A stretch of 13,512 nucleotides of DNA from a virus (lineage: Duplodnaviria > Heunggongvirae > Uroviricota > Caudoviricetes). The notes beneath the pieces are model-generated. The model was given only the letters and a program-made list of their open reading frames with translations. It was not told where the DNA came from and did not search any database. This document shows, piece by piece, positions 6,521 through 11,144 of the stretch. Within the stretch, counting starts at the first letter, position 1, and every line of letters starts with the position of its first letter. The stretch lies in IMG/VR virus record IMGVR_UViG_2693429524_000013. One strand, written 5' to 3'. Made by a program: the position numbers and the translations under genes.

Positions 6521-6559
6521 GGTCAACATAGCTGTTGATAAAATCAACGGGTGTTGACC
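6521..6559. promoter_or_regulatory. twin palindromic operator-like sites
   Basis: TCAACA-tagc-TGTTGA (6523-6538) and TCAAC-gggt-GTTGA (6544-6557), with centres 20 bp apart. Outer arms GGTCAACA and TGTTGACC also pair. Confidence 0.45.
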
Positions 6560-6632
6560 TGCATATTTCCCACACATGAGAGGAAATCAGAGCAAAGAGA
6601 GAGGAGAGAGGTTTGTTAGTCACATATGGTGA

Positions 6633-6664
6633 TTTGAGCTCATCTCAAACCTTCTACGAAGGCC
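6633..6664 (+). repeat. two-hairpin module, copy A
   Basis: TTTGAG-ctcat-CTCAAA (6633-6649) abuts CCTTC-TAC-GAAGG (6650-6662), followed by CC. The 5' flank is TCACATATG. Confidence 0.65.
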
Positions 6665-6719
6665 TTTGCTAGTCAAAATCAAGTCACATTAGAGTCAAAT
6701 CAGATGCAATCAATCCCCC

Positions 6720-7051
6720 ACCTGTTGGGATTTCCCACATGTTCAACCATACACAGGAGCTAACCTGTTGGGATTTCCTACAACCCCTTTCAGTCATACT
6801 CAGGCACCACACCCCGGTAAATATTTCCCTACTACCCCGGAGAATTTCTCCGCACTACCTGTAAAGAATTTTCACACCTGTGTGTTTATACAATCATACT
6901 CTCCTGTTTTGCAGTCATTGCACCCATGATACACAGCCCTAACCTGTAAAATATTTTTACTACCCCGCCAATAATACGGCCCATACCTGTAAAATATTTT
7001 TACTACTACCTGTCAAAATCTTTTACTACTACCTGTAAAAATATTTGACAC
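6720..7051 (+). repeat. array of nine ~21-23 bp iterons, consensus ACCTGTAAAATATTTTTAC(TAC); candidate replication origin or centromere
   Basis: Units start at 6720, 6763, 6813, 6836, 6857, 6942, 6985, 7008 and 7031. The last three abut with exact 23-bp phasing. Each unit has an internal dyad. Confidence 0.8.
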
Positions 7052-7080
7052 TAATAGATAAAGTAATAGACCACACAATA

Positions 7081-7118
7081 GATCCCCCTAACCCCCCAGG
7101 GGGGAATGGGGAGGGATC
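7081..7118. repeat. G/C palindrome GATCCC...CCCCCC-A-GGGGGG...GGGATC followed by G-tracts
   Basis: C6-A-G6 lies at 7092-7104. Outer arms are GATCCC (7081-7086) and GGGATC (7113-7118). Downstream G-tracts (G6, G4, G3, G4) fit a loose G-quadruplex pattern. Confidence 0.6.
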
Positions 7119-7167
7119 AGAGAGTGGGGAAGGTTTTCTAAGGGAAAAGCTTAACCCACAAATGAAA

Positions 7168-7196
7168 GCCTAAAGAGCATTAGCGACTCTTTAGGC
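7168..7196 (-). terminator. 10-bp perfect hairpin, terminator-like on the minus strand
   Basis: GCCTAAAGAG (7168-7177) pairs with CTCTTTAGGC (7187-7196) across a 9-nt loop. The minus strand continues UUUCAUUUG. There is no U run on the plus side. Confidence 0.45.
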
Positions 7197-7208
7197 AATC
7201 TGTGTGTG

Positions 7209-7243
7209 GGGTGACAATGTATTCCATACATGACACGTCACCC
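7209..7243. other. nested hairpin
   Basis: Outer stem GGGTGAC (7209-7215) pairs with GTCACCC (7237-7243). The inner hairpin is ATGTAT-tcc-ATACAT (7217-7231). Confidence 0.5.
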
Positions 7244-7271
7244 TGCTCACATGTGTGGTCCACTTCGTGGA

Positions 7272-7310
7272 TTTGAGTTCACTCCGTAACTCAAACCCTC
7301 TACGAGGGCC
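7272..7310 (+). repeat. two-hairpin module, copy B (compensatory changes relative to copy A)
   Basis: TTTGAGTT-cactccgt-AACTCAAA (7272-7295) abuts CCCTC-TAC-GAGGG (7296-7308), followed by CC. It is preceded by CCAC-ttc-GTGG (7260-7270) and the flank TCACATGTG. Confidence 0.65.
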
Positions 7311-7356
7311 TTGTGTGGGGAGCGTAGTGCGATAGCACGTAGCTATATAATGTGGA

Positions 7357-7390
7357 GTCCGGATAAGAGACTTCTGTTTCCAATCCGGAC
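7357..7390. other. 8-bp perfect hairpin with an 18-nt loop
   Basis: GTCCGGAT (7357-7364) pairs with ATCCGGAC (7383-7390). Confidence 0.5.
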
Positions 7391-7410
7391 CGTTTAAGCG
7401 AGTGGTTTCT

Positions 7411-7436
7411 CGCGCGCGTGCACGCACACATATATA
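7411..7436. repeat. 26-nt perfectly alternating pyrimidine/purine tract (Z-DNA-prone)
   Basis: CGCGCGCGTGCACGCACACATATATA. It contains the 10-bp palindrome GCGTGCACGC (7416-7425). Confidence 0.7.
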
Positions 7437-7461
7437 AAGGATACACTCATAAATCGAAAAT

Positions 7462-7480
7462 AAGGCCCCTAAATGGCCTT
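7462..7480 (-). terminator. hairpin, terminator-like on the minus strand
   Basis: AAGGCC-cctaaat-GGCCTT. The minus strand continues AUUUUCGAUUU. Confidence 0.4.
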
Positions 7481-7616
7481 CTGGCTGCATTAACTAGTTT
7501 GAGTAGTGTAATTGCATTACCTGATGCTCAAATCGCGTTGTAGGGCCTCTTATGATGTTTGAGTTTAACACCCTCCAAAGTTTTAACAAAAAGTGCTCTC
7601 CCTCCATTGTGGGCCA

Positions 7617-7646
7617 TTGACAATCTTATTGCATAAATGCTATAAG
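7617..7646 (+). promoter_or_regulatory. strong sigma70 promoter P1 (rightward)
   Basis: TTGACA (7617-7622), 18-nt spacer, TATAAG (7641-7646), with TGc extended -10. The -35 context is TTGACAAT. Confidence 0.6.
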
Positions 7647-7744
7647 TTATTCTGTTTTTGACACGGTAGGGGACATTAATAATGCTTACCCCTTTGCTGT
7701 GGACTTGTTTGTACCTATAGCTCGCCTAAATGATAATGATTCCC

Positions 7745-7774
7745 ATTGACAATTGGTTGTCAATATGATAAGAT
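7745..7774 (+). promoter_or_regulatory. sigma70 promoter P2 (rightward) with an overlapping 20-bp palindromic operator
   Basis: TTGACA (7746-7751), 17-nt spacer, TAAGAT (7769-7774), with TGa extended -10. The operator ATTGACAA-ttgg-TTGTCAAT spans 7745-7764. Confidence 0.6.
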
Positions 7775-7936
7775 TATAGATAGTGGGAGAAACAGATCCG
7801 GAGGTCAACGTGGAACTGAGCGACGCTATAGCGATCATCAACCTGGCTGTAATGTGGTGCGGTGTTGCCTACATAGCCGGAGTAACTGCAATCGACAACC
7901 TTGAAGAAAAAATGATAGATAAATACAAAAAGATTG

Positions 7937-7965
7937 TTGACAATCTCGCAAATAGCTGATAAAAT
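7937..7965 (+). promoter_or_regulatory. strong sigma70 promoter P3 (rightward)
   Basis: TTGACA (7937-7942), 17-nt spacer, TAAAAT (7960-7965), with TGa extended -10. The spacer contains TCTCGCAAA (7944-7952), the core of the 18-nt motif. Confidence 0.7.
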
Positions 7966-8016
7966 ATAAAGCATAGGGTAATTCTCATCATAGTGAATTT
8001 TCCTTTAATGAACTGG

Positions 8017-8044
8017 CGGGAGCTATTAGTTCCCGTTTCTTTTT
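8017..8044 (+). terminator. rho-independent terminator/attenuator between P3 and the first early gene
   Basis: CGGGA (8017-8021), 9-nt loop, TCCCG (8031-8035), then TTTCTTTTT. It lies ~50-70 nt downstream of the predicted P3 start and 44 nt upstream of ATG 8088. Confidence 0.6.
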
Positions 8045-8087
8045 AACCCTATATCGCACAGGCGGTGAGCTAACAGGAGATTGAATC

Positions 8088-8297
8088 ATGGCTAAAACCG
8101 GACCGATAAGCCAGCTGGTAAACTGGACTACTGACGAAATCGTCGAGAACGTGCTTAAAGGTAACTTTCGCAAAACTTCCGTTTATGCATTTATTCGAAA
8201 ACATAAAGGAGAATATCCACACATTGAAGCGGCAATAGAAAGATTAAACTTTATTAAACTTGAGCGCCAGCTGGAAAGATATAAACATCTGATTTAA
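8088..8297 (+). CDS. small early protein (69 aa), possible Cro/excisionase-like DNA-binding protein
   Basis: AGGAG SD lies 8 nt upstream. It is the first gene after the tandem promoters. The function call is weak. Confidence 0.7.
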   Translation: MAKTGPISQLVNWTTDEIVENVLKGNFRKTSVYAFIRKHKGEYPHIEAAIERLNFIKLERQLERYKHLI

Positions 8298-8317
8298 TAA
8301 ATAATTGTGAGGGAATT

Positions 8318-9202
8318 ATGGCAAACAATAAACTGGGGGCACATTTCACCCCCATTTTTAAACGTTTTATCAAGTATAATTTTGAAAATCCAATTGCAAA
8401 AACTACAACAGGCAAAGAGAGATTTAATTTAAATGCGACGGAATTGATAATTTACGGGGAAATGGTTGGCTTTCATTTAAACGGCAAAGAAATATTCATC
8501 TCGGAGCAGACCTTAGCAGATGATTGGGATTTTTCAAGACCAACGATTATTAAAGCTATTAAATCTCTAGTAAATGCTGGGATTATTTCTAAAGATAACC
8601 GGAAAGGCAAATCTAACATTTACAAACTGTTAATTACACCTGAGCAGTTTGATAAAATGTGCGATGAGCAGGGTATTAAAACCTTAGACAGTGTGGGAGA
8701 CAGCAAAGAGGCACCTGCTACACAGGCCCAAGATAATCAACAGGAAGCCCCAAAACAAGCCACACAGCAGCCTGAAAAGCCCGAGGCAATGCAATCCCCT
8801 TCCCAACCTAAAAAAGAACACAGAGAACGCCGTAGAGACGCTGGCAAACGTGAAATAGATGAGCACGGTTATCCGATTCTGACAAGCGATGAAATGAATG
8901 CCAGATATAAAGTAATTCAGGCCGCATTTAAAGATCAGAAGAGAATTAAATTATCTGAATTGCGTGATACATTTTACGGGCCGGAGGTGATGGATAAAAT
9001 TAAAGGCACTATTCCTGATAAAATCTGGAAAGAGGAAGATTACTGGCACCTGACAGAGCAGGCCCTTAAGGTAGCTCAACACGTGGTTAAAAGAGGCAAA
9101 TCAATTATTATTGATTCTATTAGTCATGGCTATGATGCACCGAAAGAAAGGTTGTGGAACAACTGCAAGCTTGTAAAAGGCGAATTGACAATTACAAAAT
9201 AA
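8318..9202 (+). CDS. replication initiator candidate: N-terminal winged-HTH (lambda O / replisome-organiser-like), Gln/Pro-rich linker, C-terminal domain (294 aa)
   Basis: The N-terminal segment ISEQTLADDWDFSRPTIIKAIKSLVNAGIISKDNRKGKSNIYKL is a classic wHTH of phage/plasmid initiators. A low-complexity linker APATQAQDNQQEAPKQATQQPEKPEAMQSPSQPKK follows. The three-part architecture resembles lambda O. Confidence 0.6.
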   Translation: MANNKLGAHFTPIFKRFIKYNFENPIAKTTTGKERFNLNATELIIYGEMVGFHLNGKEIFISEQTLADDWDFSRPTIIKAIKSLVNAGIISKDNRKGKSNIYKLLITPEQFDKMCDEQGIKTLDSVGDSKEAPATQAQDNQQEAPKQATQQPEKPEAMQSPSQPKKEHRERRRDAGKREIDEHGYPILTSDEMNARYKVIQAAFKDQKRIKLSELRDTFYGPEVMDKIKGTIPDKIWKEEDYWHLTEQALKVAQHVVKRGKSIIIDSISHGYDAPKERLWNNCKLVKGELTITK

Positions 9203-9240
9203 ACATTCTTATTTTTAAGTTCATCAAAGGAAAATTTAAA

Positions 9241-9387
9241 ATGTATGGCGATTTTGATTATTACCTGGAAAAGGAAAAATATTTTGAAGATGAACTATCA
9301 CAACATTTTTCATATTGGGAAGAATATTGTGGTTGGTTAGCTGAAGATCCAGCAGATGAAGAAAATGATTCTGACATCCCTTATTAA
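9241..9387 (+). CDS. 48-aa hyper-acidic, aromatic-rich early protein (track ORF 9154-9387, trimmed to ATG 9241)
   Basis: AAGGA SD lies 9 nt upstream of ATG 9241; the longer form would overlap the upstream gene by 49 nt. The sequence is MYGDFDYYLEKEKYFEDELSQHFSYWEEYCGWLAEDPADEENDSDIPY, with 16 of 48 residues Asp or Glu. Confidence 0.55.
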   Translation: MYGDFDYYLEKEKYFEDELSQHFSYWEEYCGWLAEDPADEENDSDIPY

Positions 9388-9478
9388 TACCCCCAAATAA
9401 ACCAACAAACTACTAAATAAACTAATTACTAGAACTAGATTGATTGCCCTGATCTTTTAAACGTTCGGAGAATTAATC

Positions 9479-9964
9479 ATGTTCAAATCTGATCTTTCTG
9501 ATTCCCAATTTGAAAAACTGGTAGCACTGCAGAAATACCTCCCCAGTGATGATCAACCAACACGACAGGCCAAACACTTATTAGTCGAGGGCTTTACCCC
9601 TGAATTCGTTGCGGAATATACAGGCGTTAAACTTGAGAAAGTCCAAAAACTATATAATGAGTCCTGGAATCCACGGTGTCGAGTTCCCCTCAGTGTCTAT
9701 AACGACATAGATAGAGATAAAAATGTCTTCGAAGATCGCCGCCGCAAATCTCTTTTAATGTGGAATTGTGGGATGAATATTGAAGAGATAGCAAAAGAAT
9801 TAAAAGTAACCTGCTTTCATATATGGGGCTTGTTGAGCGACCTCCTGCCACGTAAGGAGCTTAATCAACGTTTGCCTAAGCCCGGTAGTCGTGCTTATCG
9901 CGAATTTATATTCATCTACCGCCGCCATAGCAATAAAGTCCGGAAAGCAATGCAGCGCAAATAG
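9479..9964 (+). CDS. double-HTH (sigma-region-4 / LuxR-like repeats) DNA-binding protein (161 aa)
   Basis: GGAG SD is present. Two HTH-like modules are seen: LLVEGFTPEFVAEYTGVKLEKVQKLY and LLMWNCGMNIEEIAKELKVTCFHIWGLL. The C-terminus is basic. Confidence 0.7.
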   Translation: MFKSDLSDSQFEKLVALQKYLPSDDQPTRQAKHLLVEGFTPEFVAEYTGVKLEKVQKLYNESWNPRCRVPLSVYNDIDRDKNVFEDRRRKSLLMWNCGMNIEEIAKELKVTCFHIWGLLSDLLPRKELNQRLPKPGSRAYREFIFIYRRHSNKVRKAMQRK

Positions 9965-10001
9965 CTTATAGCCTTCACATATACCGCAAGTTATTGATTC
10001 T

Positions 10002-10027
10002 GCCGTCCGGTAAATATGCCGGATGGC
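10002..10027 (+). other. intergenic 9-bp hairpin
   Basis: GCCGTCCGG pairs with CCGGATGGC (one G-T pair) across an 8-nt loop. It sequesters the ATG at 10023, arguing that the real start of the next gene is 10053. Confidence 0.5.
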
Positions 10028-10052
10028 TCATATAAATTTTAAGGAATTCCAA

Positions 10053-10496
10053 ATGTCTCAAATCGCTAAATTATTATCCCAGGTTATCAAAGCTATCGAC
10101 GCTGAAGATTCAAAAGTTCGCCAGGATCTTTTAGATGGCAAGTTTACCAACACCCTGGCATTTACCCGTGACAAAGAGCACTTCTTAAAACACAGGCATC
10201 ACGCTTTTGCTGAATGCAAGTCCGCCAATGGTGATGTTTTTTATGTCGATTTGGTGGTTATGGCATGCAGATTGTGGATGATTCAAGACCTTATGCGCCA
10301 GCACGGAGATGATCCCCTCCTCAGCATGTGGGATAACGCCAAGGATGGATTCGTGATCGCGGCGCTATCCAAATCAATGATTGAGGCAGAAGGTGCCAGC
10401 CTTCAAAACATGGCAGACCTCTTCGAAATAAGCGTAGGAATGATGCAGGCCATGCTGCAGGCGGTGAAGCCTCTCAAACTGGTCAATCTTGAATGA
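10053..10496 (+). CDS. hypothetical helical protein (147 aa from ATG 10053; the track start is 10023)
   Basis: AAGGA SD lies 8 nt upstream of ATG 10053, whereas 10023 has no SD. No family is recognised. Confidence 0.7.
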   Translation: MSQIAKLLSQVIKAIDAEDSKVRQDLLDGKFTNTLAFTRDKEHFLKHRHHAFAECKSANGDVFYVDLVVMACRLWMIQDLMRQHGDDPLLSMWDNAKDGFVIAALSKSMIEAEGASLQNMADLFEISVGMMQAMLQAVKPLKLVNLE

Positions 10497-10503
10497 TTAA
10501 TAA

Positions 10504-10534
10504 GCACCCTCAAAAAATGGGGGTGCCTTTATTT
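10504..10534 (+). terminator. rho-independent terminator
   Basis: GCACCC (10504-10509) pairs with GGGTGC (10521-10526), followed by CTTTATTTATCTT. Confidence 0.65.
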
Positions 10535-10570
10535 ATCTTACTTTTCACGTTTATCTAAAAGGATATGCCT

Positions 10571-10954
10571 ATGAATATTGAAGAAATGATAGTTGAATTC
10601 GATGAGGGTGATTTCCTGGAAGATGGGGAGTTTAAATACTCCCGTTTTAAACAGGCGTTATTTAGCAGTGAGGATAAACCACACGTTAGTGATCTTAACG
10701 ATGATGATTTATGTCGCTGGGTATGCACCCGCTTATATGAAGATGGAAAATATACAGGCCAAAACTTTCCAAATCTCTATTTCAAAGCACAAACATTTGA
10801 GGAAGGGCAAAGAGTGAAAAACCTGGTCGATAAAATGCTGTCAGCCGGATATTTGCATAAAGAATTATTAAATCCTAAAGCTGAAAGCAAGCGCCATTAT
10901 ATTTTTGTGTGGACTATTGGCGATAAGTGTCCACTAAGACGCAAAGGCAAATGA
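10571..10954 (+). CDS. acidic hypothetical protein in the tail-assembly-chaperone position (127 aa from ATG 10571; the track start is 10565)
   Basis: AGGA SD lies 7 nt upstream of ATG 10571. The N-terminus is acidic (EEMIVEFDEGDFLEDGEF). It sits two genes upstream of the tape measure gene. Confidence 0.65.
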   Translation: MNIEEMIVEFDEGDFLEDGEFKYSRFKQALFSSEDKPHVSDLNDDDLCRWVCTRLYEDGKYTGQNFPNLYFKAQTFEEGQRVKNLVDKMLSAGYLHKELLNPKAESKRHYIFVWTIGDKCPLRRKGK

Positions 10955-10955
10955 T

Positions 10956-11141
10956 ATGAATACCTACGAAAAGATTTATCAAAAATTAAAAAGTGATAAC
11001 AATGCTCCCGTCATCAAGGGCGGGGCTTCTTCCTCTGGTGACCTCTCAATCGAAGAGCTTGCGGAGAAATATAATATTGATAAAGAGGCCCTGAAAAGAG
11101 CTATTTCATTATCAAAATCTTTAAGACAGGGCGAGGTGTAA
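10956..11141 (+). CDS. 61-aa protein immediately upstream of the tape measure gene (HTH-like segment LSIEELAEKYNIDKEALKRAI)
   Basis: It starts 1 nt after the upstream stop. Its stop overlaps the SD of the tape measure gene. Confidence 0.6.
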   Translation: MNTYEKIYQKLKSDNNAPVIKGGASSSGDLSIEELAEKYNIDKEALKRAISLSKSLRQGEV

Positions 11142-11144
11142 GAG

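Noticed and set aside
6720-7051. CRISPR array, solitary CRISPR repeat units or a TIGR-like guide array. The ATTTCCTAC / ATTTCTCC strings vaguely recall the Cas12a 5' handle AAUUUCUAC.
   Set aside because: The units abut or are separated by irregular short gaps of 0-60 bp, with no unique spacers of constant length. There is no GUAGAU-type hairpin partner and no cas or tas-like gene in the window. The ~21-23 bp phasing fits iterons instead.
6650-7308. N4-type hairpin promoters for a virion RNA polymerase (5-bp stem, 3-nt loop with a central purine).
   Set aside because: The geometry matches, but the virion genes here (tape measure, gpE-like capsid) are not N4-like. No giant vRNAP is visible, and one copy sits at the 3' end of the capsid gene on the other strand. 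The idea is kept only as a remote possibility.
6633-7310. tRNA or tRNA-like genes in the two-hairpin modules, and in 13351-13466.
   Set aside because: There is no GTTCRANYC T-loop. Stems and loops are the wrong sizes: an 8-bp stem with an 8-nt loop and a 5-bp stem with a 3-nt loop. No cloverleaf can be drawn, and 13351-13466 is 116 nt long.
7411-7436. Protelomerase target (telRL-like) site, because of the alternating CG/TA tract. The same idea was considered for the 13360-13407 inverted repeat.
   Set aside because: The exact palindrome at 7416-7425 is only 10 bp, whereas N15-type tel sites are ~56 bp near-perfect palindromes. The 13360-13407 repeat has asymmetric internal spacers (10 vs 4 nt). 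No protelomerase gene is visible.
5847-8173. Track ORFs inside the non-coding region (5847-6035, 5914-6099, 7191-7490, 7774-7974, 7988-8173) as real genes.
   Set aside because: None has an SD. Compositions are Cys/Arg/His/Pro-rich or otherwise unlike proteins, and several overlap each other. 7774-7974 and 7988-8173 lie antisense across promoters, the terminator and the start of the 8088 gene.
10571-11141. Programmed -1 frameshift (gpG/gpGT-type) joining the two ORFs upstream of the tape measure gene.
   Set aside because: The second ORF is in the +1 frame relative to the first, and its frame is only open from 10938. There is no X_XXY_YYZ slippery heptamer near the end of the first ORF, and the second ORF has its own ATG 1 nt after the stop.
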